Assembly: GCA_039028935.1 (NCBI GenBank)
Contig: JBCCHD010000001.1
Location: 135,181-199,180, forward strand
DNA from: Pseudomonadota bacterium
Lineage (GTDB): Bacteria > Pseudomonadota > Gammaproteobacteria > Steroidobacterales > SZUA-146
Direction of reading: 5' to 3'
Length of the DNA: 64,000 bases
Position 1 is the stretch's first letter; the number at the start of each line of letters is the position of its first letter. Of the stretch, positions 21,859 through 30,873 are shown one piece after another. The translations under genes were made by a program, and so were the position numbers. The notes beneath the pieces are model-generated. The model worked only from the letters and a program-made list of their open reading frames with translations, did not search any database and was not told where the DNA came from.

Positions 21859-23082
21859 ATGAACGACAAACCCATCTATCTGGACTTTGCCGCGACGACC
21901 CCGGTTGATAAACGAGTCGCGGCGCGCATGGCGGCATGTTTGACCGACGAGGGCGTGTTTGCCAATCCCGCGTCGACCTCGCATACGTATGGCCAGCAGG
22001 CCCGCCAAGCGGTGAATAACGCGCGAGCGCAGGTGGCGTCGTTGATCGGTGCCCAGCCGGAGCACATTGTATTTACCTCGGGCGCAACCGAGGCGGACAA
22101 TCTGGCCATCAAGGGTGTGGCCCGAGCGAGCGCAGCATCCGGACGGCGCCATATTGTGACGGCCAAAACCGAACACAAAGCGGTGCTCGATACCTGTCGA
22201 CAGCTTGAAGCCGAAGGGTGTCAGGTCACCTACCTGGTGCCAGCAGAACACGGCCGCGTAACTGCCGCACAAGTCCAGAGCGCCTTGCGGGACGAGACGT
22301 GCCTTGTGTCGATCATGCACGTCAACAATGAGATCGGCGTAATCAATCCGATCGATGAGATCGGCCATGTGTGCGCAGAGGCAGGCGTGCCGTTCCATGT
22401 GGACGCGGCACAAAGCGCGGGCAAAGTCGCGATTGATCTGTCGACGATAAACGTCAATCTGCTGTCACTTGCGGCGCACAAAGTGTATGGACCCAAAGGG
22501 ATCGGTGCGCTTTATGTCAAACCCGTACCCCGTCTTCGCATTGAGCCCATTCTTCATGGTGGCGGTCACGAGCTGGGATTGCGGTCAGGCACGTTGGCCA
22601 CACATCAGATTGTGGGTATGGGCGAAGCGTTCGCCCTCGCCGAACGCGAGCTCGAAGCCGAACACGCGCGGCTCGCGCAGTTGCGCGCGCGCCTACTCGA
22701 TGGACTACTCGCGCTTGACGCTGTGCAGCTAAATGGGGGTGAGCCCTCAGTGCCGGGTATTGTGAACGTGAGTTTTGCCCAAATAGAAGGAGAGAGCCTG
22801 ATGTATGCTCTGCGGCCACTGGCCGTGGCGAGCAGCGCCGCCTGTGGGTCGGCGTCGTCTGAATCGTCGTATGTGCTGCGCGCTTTGGGGCATTCGGACC
22901 AGCTCGCACAAAGCTCGGTGCGCTTCAGTCTCGGGCGCTCGACCACCCCGGCGCACATCGATCGGGCGATTGAGGTGGTGACTCGGGCCGTGACACGATT
23001 GCGCGCACTCAGTCCGGCAGCCGATGGATCGCGCGCCAAGTCCGCCATCAAAGAGGATGAGTCGCAGTCGGTTGGCCGGTGA
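21859..23082 (+). CDS. iscS: cysteine desulfurase, IscS/NifS type
   Basis: ORF trimmed to [20 protein letters not shown] lysine in [19 protein letters not shown]. Active-site loop [20 protein letters not shown]. Starts 7 nt after trmJ. Confidence 0.88.
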   Translation: MNDKPIYLDFAATTPVDKRVAARMAACLTDEGVFANPASTSHTYGQQARQAVNNARAQVASLIGAQPEHIVFTSGATEADNLAIKGVARASAASGRRHIVTAKTEHKAVLDTCRQLEAEGCQVTYLVPAEHGRVTAAQVQSALRDETCLVSIMHVNNEIGVINPIDEIGHVCAEAGVPFHVDAAQSAGKVAIDLSTINVNLLSLAAHKVYGPKGIGALYVKPVPRLRIEPILHGGGHELGLRSGTLATHQIVGMGEAFALAERELEAEHARLAQLRARLLDGLLALDAVQLNGGEPSVPGIVNVSFAQIEGESLMYALRPLAVASSAACGSASSESSYVLRALGHSDQLAQSSVRFSLGRSTTPAHIDRAIEVVTRAVTRLRALSPAADGSRAKSAIKEDESQSVGR

Positions 23083-23119
23083 ACACACGGCCAGAACCAA
23101 CCCGACTATTTTGAGTCTT

Positions 23120-23515
23120 ATGTACAACGAGCAAGTTATTGAGCACTTTGAAGCGCCGCGAAATGTGGCGACGCCAGCGGATCTGGCCGGCTCCTCGCCG
23201 ACTTTGGTGAGCGGAGAGGGCGGCAATGAGCACAGCGGTGTGTGGATCGGTTTTTGGCTCGATGTTGAGGGCATGACGATCAGGCAGGCACGGTTTCGTG
23301 CCTATGGCTGCCCGCATACGCTGGCCATGGCCTCGTGGCTCACCGAACGACTGGTTGGGGAACCGCTCACAAGCGGCTACACTCTGCCTAAGGACGAAAT
23401 TGTGGCGGCGCTGGCGCTGCCCGCGGAAAAATTGCGCAGTGTGCTGGTTGCCGAAGACGCACTCAGAGACTGTGCCACACAGATACACGAAGGACAGGAC
23501 GAATATGGCGATTGA
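23120..23515 (+). CDS. IscU/NifU-N-like protein with a degenerate cluster-ligand set
   Basis: ORF trimmed to MYNEQVIEHFEAPRNV (compare E. coli IscU MAYSEKVIDHYENPRNV). ARFRAYGCPHTLAMAS keeps the Cys63 equivalent. GNEHSGV replaces APACGDV, and LRSVLVAEDA replaces IHCSILAEDA. Confidence 0.7.
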   Translation: MYNEQVIEHFEAPRNVATPADLAGSSPTLVSGEGGNEHSGVWIGFWLDVEGMTIRQARFRAYGCPHTLAMASWLTERLVGEPLTSGYTLPKDEIVAALALPAEKLRSVLVAEDALRDCATQIHEGQDEYGD

Positions 23516-23825
23516 ACTCACCGACGCGGCGGCCACCCAGGTCGGCGGCTTTCTGAAGGAGCGAGCAGTGCAAGGGCTTAGGCTCAGCGTTAAGCCCACC
23601 GGTTGTGCCGGGTACGAATACATCGTTGGCTACGCTGAATCGATCGAAGATGGCGATCAAGTATTTGAAACTAAAGGAATATCTGTCGTTGTCGATGAAA
23701 AGAGCCTGCCGCTCATCGACGGTACCATCGTCGATTTCGTCGAATCGGGCATCAGTAAGGTCTTTAAATTCACCAATCCAAACGCCACCGGAGAATGTGG
23801 CTGTGGCGAGAGTTTTAACATTTAG
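23505..23825 (+). CDS. iscA: iron-sulfur cluster insertion protein, IscA/HesB family
   Basis: MAIELTDAAATQV...LRLSVKPTGCAGYEY...NPNATGECGCGESFNI carries the three conserved Cys. Overlaps the IscU-like stop by 11 nt. Confidence 0.88.
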   Translation: MAIELTDAAATQVGGFLKERAVQGLRLSVKPTGCAGYEYIVGYAESIEDGDQVFETKGISVVVDEKSLPLIDGTIVDFVESGISKVFKFTNPNATGECGCGESFNI

Positions 23826-24016
23826 CCATCGTCGGCGCGTCGGGGCGTCAGATCCCGTCCTGCTTGTGACATAAAAAAGACGGGATTGCCCTCCCCGGGC
23901 GCTCGGAGTAATATTCGTCGGTTCAATAAGTTACCTATCACTAACCCCTCGCGGTCGCGGTGAGCGAGCGCGTATTGCCAACACATTTTGGCCAACCTAT
24001 TTGGAGAGTCCGCTAC

Positions 24017-24445
24017 ATGGCTATTGAAAGAACACTGTCCATCATCAAACCCGATGGCGTGGCAAAGAACATTATCGGTGATGTCTACACGCGCTTTGAA
24101 AGCGCCGGTCTTCGCATTGTTGCCGCGCGCATGTTGCACCTCACCCAGTCACAGGCGGAAGAGTTTTACGCGGTTCACAAAGAGCGCCCTTTCTACGGCG
24201 ACCTTGTTGCGTTTATGACCTCGGGGCCTGTGATGGTTCAAGCGCTCGAAGGCGAAAACGCGATTGCCAAGAACCGTGAGCTGATGGGCGATACCAATCC
24301 GCAAAATGCAGCGCCCGGCACCATCCGCGCCGACTTTGCAACCAGCATTGATGAAAACGCGGTACATGGCTCCGATGCCCCCGAAACCGCCGCACAAGAA
24401 ATCGAATTTTTCTTCGCGGCCGGTGTGTGTCCGCGCACACGCTAA
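24017..24445 (+). CDS. ndk: nucleoside-diphosphate kinase
   Basis: ORF trimmed to [15 protein letters not shown]. Has NAVHGSDA (active-site His). Confidence 0.95.
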   Translation: MAIERTLSIIKPDGVAKNIIGDVYTRFESAGLRIVAARMLHLTQSQAEEFYAVHKERPFYGDLVAFMTSGPVMVQALEGENAIAKNRELMGDTNPQNAAPGTIRADFATSIDENAVHGSDAPETAAQEIEFFFAAGVCPRTR

Positions 24446-24472
24446 GCGCATCGCGCAACGAACGGCAGCGTC

Positions 24473-25642
24473 ATGGCAACCACTCACGACAAACGCAATT
24501 TGCTCGGCGACGATCTCGCGACGTTGTCCGAGCTATTGGTCGAGCTTGGCGGTAAGCCGTTTCATGCCCGCCAGTTGCTCAAGTGGATGCACGCGCGCGG
24601 CGTGAGTGACTTTGACGCCATGACCGACCTGTCCAAAAAAGTGCGTGAAAAACTCAACGCCCATTTCGTCGTCGAAGCGCCACGCGTTGTGCAGCGGTTT
24701 GACTCCAATGATGGGACCCGTAAATGGTTGCTCGAGGCCGGCGGCGGTCAGGCCATCGAAATGGTGTTTATTCCGGAGGGCAAACGCGGCACATTGTGTA
24801 TCAGCAGTCAGGTCGGGTGTGCACTGGACTGCTCGTTTTGTTCCACCGGCGCACAGGGCTTTAACCGCAACCTGACGTCCAGCGAAATCGTCAGCCAGGT
24901 GTGGTTGGCCAATCACGAGCTCGGTGCCTATGCGTCTGGCATCGGCGAGCTGGCACTGCCTGATGATGACGGCGATGACGTGCCATCGCTTCATGGACAT
25001 ACAGCGGACCGTGTTACCAACGTTGTGTTCATGGGGATGGGTGAGCCACTGGCAAACTATCGGCAGGTTGTACCCGCACTCAACATTTTGATGAGCGATC
25101 ACGCGTATATGTTGTCGCGCCGCCGCGTCACCGTCAGCACCTCGGGTCTTGTGCCGCAGTTGGCCAAACTGGGTGTGGACACCAATCCGGCGTTGGCCGT
25201 ATCGCTGCATGCGCCAAACGATGCGTTGCGTGATGAGTTGGTGCCGATCAACCGCAAACATCCGATCGCTGATCTGCTCGATCAGTGTTGGACCTACGTT
25301 GAGCAAACCGGCGCACGCACGATCACGTTTGAATATACGCTGATCGATGGCGTGAACGATCAACCGTCTCACGCTTATGAACTTTCGCGCCTGCTGAAAG
25401 GTAAGCCCGCGAAGGTGAATCTCATTCCCTTTAACCCGTTTGACGGAAACGCGTTCAAACGATCCAAACCCAATGCTATCCGAGCGTTTAAGGATATTCT
25501 TCATCAAAAGAATATTCGCGCGATGGTGCGAAAAACCCGCGGTGATGACATTGATGCAGCCTGTGGACAACTGGCGGGACAAGTGTCTGATCGCACCAAG
25601 GTTCGCCTTGGCAATAAACAGTTTATGGTGGTGAGCGCATGA
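24473..25642 (+). CDS. rlmN: 23S rRNA/tRNA (adenine-C2)-methyltransferase RlmN, radical SAM
   Basis: CxxxCxxC in GCALDCSFCSTG. FMGMGEPLANY and NLIPFNPF. ndk-rlmN-pilW synteny. Confidence 0.93.
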   Translation: MATTHDKRNLLGDDLATLSELLVELGGKPFHARQLLKWMHARGVSDFDAMTDLSKKVREKLNAHFVVEAPRVVQRFDSNDGTRKWLLEAGGGQAIEMVFIPEGKRGTLCISSQVGCALDCSFCSTGAQGFNRNLTSSEIVSQVWLANHELGAYASGIGELALPDDDGDDVPSLHGHTADRVTNVVFMGMGEPLANYRQVVPALNILMSDHAYMLSRRRVTVSTSGLVPQLAKLGVDTNPALAVSLHAPNDALRDELVPINRKHPIADLLDQCWTYVEQTGARTITFEYTLIDGVNDQPSHAYELSRLLKGKPAKVNLIPFNPFDGNAFKRSKPNAIRAFKDILHQKNIRAMVRKTRGDDIDAACGQLAGQVSDRTKVRLGNKQFMVVSA

Positions 25643-26409
25643 TGAATTTGGCCCGGCGTGTGGGATGTATTGGCGTATTGGCGCTACTTGCAGCGTGTGT
25701 GCGTACCGATGTGATCGAGGAGCCAACGGCTTCGCCAGTGGAAGCGGCGCGTGCAAACTTTCAACTGGGCGTTGAGTATTTTAAGAAAAACAAGCTGCCG
25801 TTGGCATACGAGAAATTCAAACGTTCGGTGGAGCAAGACGGTTCCGTATCTCAAAGCCATGCGTTTCTGGCGCTGGTGGCTGAGCAGCTCGATCAAAAAG
25901 ACGAGGCACGTAAGCACTATCGACTGGCTTTGCGAATCAACGATAAAGACCCGGTGGTGCAGAACATGTACGGGGCTTACCTGTGCCGTGAGGGACAGGC
26001 CGCCAAAGCCGAAGAGCATTTCTTGCTGGCGGCCAACAATCGGTTCTACGGCACGCCTGAAGCGGCGTTGACCAATGCCGGCGCCTGTGCACTGAAACAA
26101 CAACGATATGATCAGGCGCTTGACTATTTGGACCAGGCGCTCAAACGCAACCCCAATTACGGCCTTGCGTTGTGGCAAATGGCCAATCTGCACTATGAGC
26201 AACAGCGCGATCTTCAGGCGCGAGCATTTCTCGAACGCCTGGGGCTGCCAGAGCAGCTGCCGCCCGAGGCGCTGTTGCTGGGTTACCAGATCGCTCGCCG
26301 CGCGAACAATGCGGCCCGCATGGACAGCTATCGAGCGGCGTTAACCGAACGCTTCCCGGATTCTACCGAGACCACTCAATTGCTGGAGATCGAACGCAAT
26401 GGCGGATAA
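25639..26409 (+). CDS. pilW: type IV pilus biogenesis/stability lipoprotein PilW (PilF), TPR
   Basis: Lipobox LALLAAC. TPR repeats throughout. Conserved position after rlmN. Confidence 0.75.
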   Translation: MMNLARRVGCIGVLALLAACVRTDVIEEPTASPVEAARANFQLGVEYFKKNKLPLAYEKFKRSVEQDGSVSQSHAFLALVAEQLDQKDEARKHYRLALRINDKDPVVQNMYGAYLCREGQAAKAEEHFLLAANNRFYGTPEAALTNAGACALKQQRYDQALDYLDQALKRNPNYGLALWQMANLHYEQQRDLQARAFLERLGLPEQLPPEALLLGYQIARRANNAARMDSYRAALTERFPDSTETTQLLEIERNGG

Positions 26410-27277
26410 TGACGACGCTGCGGCCGAGACACGACGGATAGACGATCCGTCACCGGGTGAACGGCTAAAAAAAGCCCGCACAAAACAAAAGCGTTCGCTC
26501 GACGACATCAGTAAGGAGCTGCACCTCGATCGTTGGATGCTCGAGGCGATCGAGCGCGATGACTACAACTCGCTCGGCGCCCCGGTGTTTGCGAAAGGCC
26601 ACCTGCGGCAATACGCCAAAGTGCTTAACATTGAACCGGATGATTTGATGGTGGGCTATTACCAAGTGTGCGGTACTCGCGAACAACCGCCGCTTGTGGC
26701 GGACAGCATGCTTCACGCCCCGAGTCATCACGAACGAAGCTGGAATTGGGTGGTACCGGCCGTGATTGCCTTGGTGGCGATTGCCGTCGTTGCGGGTGGC
26801 ATCTACTGGTACATGCAGCCGACGGAGGCGCCGGCGAGCGTGGGCGCCAGTAGTGAGGAATTAAACCTCGCCGCGTCCACAAGTCTGGTGCCCGCTATTG
26901 AGCCGGTGGCACAAGCCGCGCAGCCTGTGCTGGACGAAACGGTAGAGCCGGTCAATGCGCTGCTCATTCCGCCCGAGCAGGCACAACCCCGTGATGTACC
27001 GGACCCAGAGCGCCCCGTGATCGAAGATCAGAACATGACGGTCACGTTGCGTTTCACGGACGATTCATGGGTGGAAATCTACGACGGCAAGCGCCAAAAA
27101 TTGCTGTACGGACTGGTGGAATCGGCGTCGGTAAAATATCTCAACGGACCGCCACCCATCAGCGTCTTTTTAGGGCGGCAGAGTGCGGTAAATGTGGAGG
27201 TCGACGGAGAGAACTTTCCGATCCCAGTAACGGCAACACGCGGCAACACGGCGCGCTTTCAAATCGATAAGCCCTAG
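26399..27277 (+). CDS. rodZ: cytoskeleton protein RodZ (HTH, TM, DUF4115)
   Basis: SPGERLKKARTKQKRSLDDISKELHL (HTH). TM segment VVPAVIALVAIAVVAGGIYWY. C-terminal VTLRFTDDSWVEIYDG...VNVEVDGENF. Confidence 0.8.
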   Translation: MADNDDAAAETRRIDDPSPGERLKKARTKQKRSLDDISKELHLDRWMLEAIERDDYNSLGAPVFAKGHLRQYAKVLNIEPDDLMVGYYQVCGTREQPPLVADSMLHAPSHHERSWNWVVPAVIALVAIAVVAGGIYWYMQPTEAPASVGASSEELNLAASTSLVPAIEPVAQAAQPVLDETVEPVNALLIPPEQAQPRDVPDPERPVIEDQNMTVTLRFTDDSWVEIYDGKRQKLLYGLVESASVKYLNGPPPISVFLGRQSAVNVEVDGENFPIPVTATRGNTARFQIDKP

Positions 27278-27421
27278 ATCATTATGATGGCGAGTCACAC
27301 TGTTAAACGCCCCTGCACGCTTCATTACGCGCCAGGGAGATTCCGTCTTTTCATTGCGCCGTTGATTGAACTGCGATAATTGTCATACCCGCTAGCGCGG
27401 TCGCTGCAGCCAGGATTACAC

Positions 27422-28705
27422 GTGAGCAAAGCCATCACCCCCATTAAAGGTATGCCCGACATCGTGCCCGAGCAGATGCCGTACTGGCATCTGGCCGAGA
27501 ACGTCATACGACGCATTCTTGAGAGCTACGGCTATGATGAGTTGCGCACGCCCATGCTCGAGAAAACCGCACTTTTTCAACGCTCGATTGGTGACGAAAC
27601 CGATATCGTATCGAAAGAGATGTTTACCTTCGAGAGTCGCGGTGGCGAGAGTCTTAGCCTTCGTCCAGAAGCCACTGCAAGCTGTGTAAGGGCTGGCATC
27701 ACTCGCGGGTTGCTGCACAATCAGCGCCGTCGCGTGTATTACTACGGGCCGATGTTTCGCTACGAACAACCACAAGAAGGCCGCTATCGACAGTTCTATC
27801 AAATCGGCGCCGAGGCCTATGGTTTGGCCGGTCCTGATGTGGACGTGGAACTGCTGCTCATGCTGGCCCGTATTTGGCGCGGTTTGTCGCTCGATGGGCT
27901 CGCGCTCAAAATCAATTGCTTGGGTGCGAGCGAGGGCAGGGCGCAGTATATCGACACACTGCGTGCGTACTTTGACGGTCATCGAGAGGCGCTGGATGAG
28001 GACAGCGTGCGCCGACTCACGACTAATCCGCTGCGTATCTTGGACAGTAAAACCCCGTCAATGCAGACCCTGATTGATGAGGCGCCTCAGATGCAGGCGT
28101 TCTTGAGCGAGGACGAGCAGCGCTATTTCGAGGCGATTCTCGCGCGCCTTGACGATGCGGGTGTGCCATACACCGTCGAGCCACGGCTAGTGCGCGGCTT
28201 AGACTATTACACCGGCATGGTGTTTGAGTGGCAGACCGACCAGCTCGGCGCGCAGAATGCGGTCTGCGGCGGCGGCCGTTATGACCAGCTCGTCAAGCAG
28301 CTCGGCGGTCGGGATACGCCGGCGGTTGGGTGGGCGATGGGCATGGAGCGACTCATCGCCCTGTTGAGCCACAGCGATGCTACAATCCCCTCCCCCGACG
28401 CCAGGGTATACCTGGTGACAGTCGGCGAGCAGGCCGCTCGCGCCGGCGCGATGTTGCTCGAACGGCTGCGTGATGCGCTGCCCGACGTGCGCATGGTGGC
28501 GCACGGCGCTCAAGGCAGTTTTAAGAGCCAGCTGCGCGCGGCGGACAAAAGCGGTGCGGAACTGGCGCTGATACTTGGCGACGACGAAGTGGCGCGCCAG
28601 TCGCTTGCGATTAAGGCACTGCGACGGGACGCAGGGGCGCAGACCACCGTGGACTGGGACGAGATCGAGACGCAGGTGACTGCACTGCTCGAACACGCGC
28701 ATTAA
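27422..28705 (+). CDS. hisS: histidine--tRNA ligase
   Basis: Track ORF starts at TTG 27380. I prefer GTG 27422 (VSKAITPIKGMPDIVPEQ, compare E. coli MAKNIQAIRGMNDYLP). Class II motifs FRYEQPQEGRYRQFYQIG and GGGRYDQL. Confidence 0.92.
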   Translation: MSKAITPIKGMPDIVPEQMPYWHLAENVIRRILESYGYDELRTPMLEKTALFQRSIGDETDIVSKEMFTFESRGGESLSLRPEATASCVRAGITRGLLHNQRRRVYYYGPMFRYEQPQEGRYRQFYQIGAEAYGLAGPDVDVELLLMLARIWRGLSLDGLALKINCLGASEGRAQYIDTLRAYFDGHREALDEDSVRRLTTNPLRILDSKTPSMQTLIDEAPQMQAFLSEDEQRYFEAILARLDDAGVPYTVEPRLVRGLDYYTGMVFEWQTDQLGAQNAVCGGGRYDQLVKQLGGRDTPAVGWAMGMERLIALLSHSDATIPSPDARVYLVTVGEQAARAGAMLLERLRDALPDVRMVAHGAQGSFKSQLRAADKSGAELALILGDDEVARQSLAIKALRRDAGAQTTVDWDEIETQVTALLEHAH

Positions 28706-28768
28706 TTTTCGGTGTGGTGCGCTTAGCGCGCCCACCCTCCAAACTGATAACGAAACTGGAAGATAGAC

Positions 28769-29401
28769 GTGAACGATTACAACACAGACGAAGAAGAACT
28801 TGAGAAGCTGAAGAACTGGTGGAACGACAACAAGGTGTTTGTGGTCACAGGACTTGTTGCTGGTGGTGCCATTTTGTTTGGCTACAATTGGTACAAAGAC
28901 ATGACGCGCACGCGCGCAGAAACCGCATCGGCGGTGTTCAGCGAGCTTGAGACTGCGGTGGCTGGCAACGACCGCAACGTGGTGTTGTCCAAAGCAGCCG
29001 AACTCAAAAATGAGTTTTCAGCCACGCCGTATGATGCGCAAGCCGCCTTGTCATTGGCCAAGGTGCACGTCGACGCCGGTGATTTTGAGTCGGCCATTGC
29101 AGCGCTTAAAGATGCGGTCGACAGCGGTGGCCCTGAGCTGAGCCACATTGCGCGGCTGCGACTGGCGCGGGTGCAGCTTGCGGCTGGTGATACCGATGCG
29201 GCGCAAGCCACACTGAAGGTGCGCAATGAAGGCGAGTTCAGTCCGTTGTATCAAGAGGTTCGCGGTGATGTGTTTGTGGCCCTGGGCGACAATGAAGCGG
29301 CGATTGAGCAGTACAAATTAGCGCTCGCGCACGACATTCCGCTGGGCGACGTAAGCTTTTTGGAAATGAAGCTGCAAAACTTGGGTGCGTCTACGGACTG
29401 A
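28769..29401 (+). CDS. yfgM: YfgM-like membrane-anchored TPR protein
   Basis: EEELEKLKNWWNDNKVFVVTGLVAGGAILFGYNWY anchor. Position between hisS and bamB. Confidence 0.75.
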   Translation: MNDYNTDEEELEKLKNWWNDNKVFVVTGLVAGGAILFGYNWYKDMTRTRAETASAVFSELETAVAGNDRNVVLSKAAELKNEFSATPYDAQAALSLAKVHVDAGDFESAIAALKDAVDSGGPELSHIARLRLARVQLAAGDTDAAQATLKVRNEGEFSPLYQEVRGDVFVALGDNEAAIEQYKLALAHDIPLGDVSFLEMKLQNLGASTD

Positions 29402-29537
29402 GTGATGGGTGATGCGCGCGTCGCTGCATGGCCGCTGCATGAAACAACACGACTTCGCGTAAACGGACGCATCATGACAAAAGCAGCCTGATGCGTGGCA
29501 CTAAATGGTGTCGCGTTGATTAACATGAGGTGAGGGT

Positions 29538-30704
29538 ATGAAATCGGTTCGGTCGCTAATTTGGCTGGTCTTCGGCGTCGCATTGGCGGGCTGCCAGAAC
29601 GCCAAGGACGTTAAGCTAGAGCCAGCGGAATTGGTGCCTCTCACCAGCTCGACCGTCATCACCAAAGAATGGTCGACTAAACTGGGCGGCAATCGCAAAG
29701 TCAATCGTCCGGGTCTTGCGCCGGCGGGCAATGGTGCTCGGGTGTTTGCGGCATCGAGCGATGGTGTGGTGTCGGCTTTTGATGCGGTGACGGGCAAAGT
29801 CATCTGGCGTACAAACTTGGGCAAAGAGCGCGGTATCTCCGGAGGACCTGGCGTCGGCGGCAACATGGTCGCGGTGGGCACGGCAGAAGGCGAAGTGATT
29901 ACGTTATCGATCACCGACGGGTCCGAAATATGGACAGCCCGCGTGAGCAGCTCGGTGTTGTCAGCGCCAGCGGTGAGCACGCGCGCGGTCGCGGTGCGCA
30001 CCATCGACGGCCAATTGACCGCTTTGGACGGTACGACGGGGCTCGAATTGTGGAATGTGGATCGTCGTGTGCAGGGGCTCACCTACTACGGACTGGCCGA
30101 GCCGGTGTTTGCCTCGGGTGCCGTCGTGAGTGGGTTTGATAATGGCAAGATCGCGGCGGTGGACGTTGAAAGCGGTCGGGTGATTTGGGAGCGCTCGGTC
30201 GCCGAGCGACGTGGGCGCAACGAGTTTGAGCGACTGGCGGATATCGACGGACGCATTACCATCAACGGCGAAGACGCTTTTACTGTTGGCTTTCAAGGTC
30301 GTGCAATGCTGGTGTCGCTGCCGACAGGTCAGCCCATTTGGGCACAGGACATGTCGAGCCGCTACCCGGTGGCCGTGGACTGGAACCAGGTGATCATCAC
30401 CACCGACGAAGACTCGGTAGTGGCGCTCGATCGGCGCACCGGTGTGCAAAATTGGAAGCAGGATAGTTTGTTACGTCGCGAGGCCGGTGCGCCCGTGCTC
30501 GTGGGCACCTCGATCGCCGTAGGGGATTTCGACGGCTATGTACATTGGATTTCCGCGCTCGATGGCAGTTTCCAAGCGCGCACACGCGCCGGCAGTAGCC
30601 CCATTTCGGCGTCGCCACTGGTGATGGGCGATATGCTCTACGTACAAAATGACGACGGCGAGCTGCATGCGTTCAAAAAACCGGCGGTCATTGACGCACC
30701 CTAA
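29538..30704 (+). CDS. bamB: outer membrane protein assembly factor BamB (PQQ-like beta-propeller lipoprotein)
   Basis: Lipobox VALAGC. Repeated propeller blades. Lies between yfgM and der. Confidence 0.88.
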   Translation: MKSVRSLIWLVFGVALAGCQNAKDVKLEPAELVPLTSSTVITKEWSTKLGGNRKVNRPGLAPAGNGARVFAASSDGVVSAFDAVTGKVIWRTNLGKERGISGGPGVGGNMVAVGTAEGEVITLSITDGSEIWTARVSSSVLSAPAVSTRAVAVRTIDGQLTALDGTTGLELWNVDRRVQGLTYYGLAEPVFASGAVVSGFDNGKIAAVDVESGRVIWERSVAERRGRNEFERLADIDGRITINGEDAFTVGFQGRAMLVSLPTGQPIWAQDMSSRYPVAVDWNQVIITTDEDSVVALDRRTGVQNWKQDSLLRREAGAPVLVGTSIAVGDFDGYVHWISALDGSFQARTRAGSSPISASPLVMGDMLYVQNDDGELHAFKKPAVIDAP

Positions 30705-30873
30705 GCACCGTTAAGCGCGCTCGCCCTCAGCAACAAACAGCAAACCTGTTCGCTGCTTACCGTATACTTTTATTCAAACGCACCGGAGTACATCGACATG
30801 CGCGCTGCGCAGTCGGCAGTAAAACACGAGTACTCCGTTTCGGTCTGACGCGCTCTTAGCGCGACACTGAGGC

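Noticed and set aside
24533-25756. 407-aa minus-strand ORF covering all of rlmN
   Set aside because: It is exactly antisense to a gene with unmistakable radical-SAM motifs. Its translation is Arg/His/Gln-rich with no recognisable motif, which is typical of a stop-poor shadow frame in GC-rich DNA.
30783-30870. Stem-loops in the der leader: cggagtac...gtactccg with a 38-nt loop, and cgcgct-ctt-agcgcg
   Set aside because: The stems are short with large loops, and I recognise no conserved RNA motif. This is insufficient for an RNA element call.
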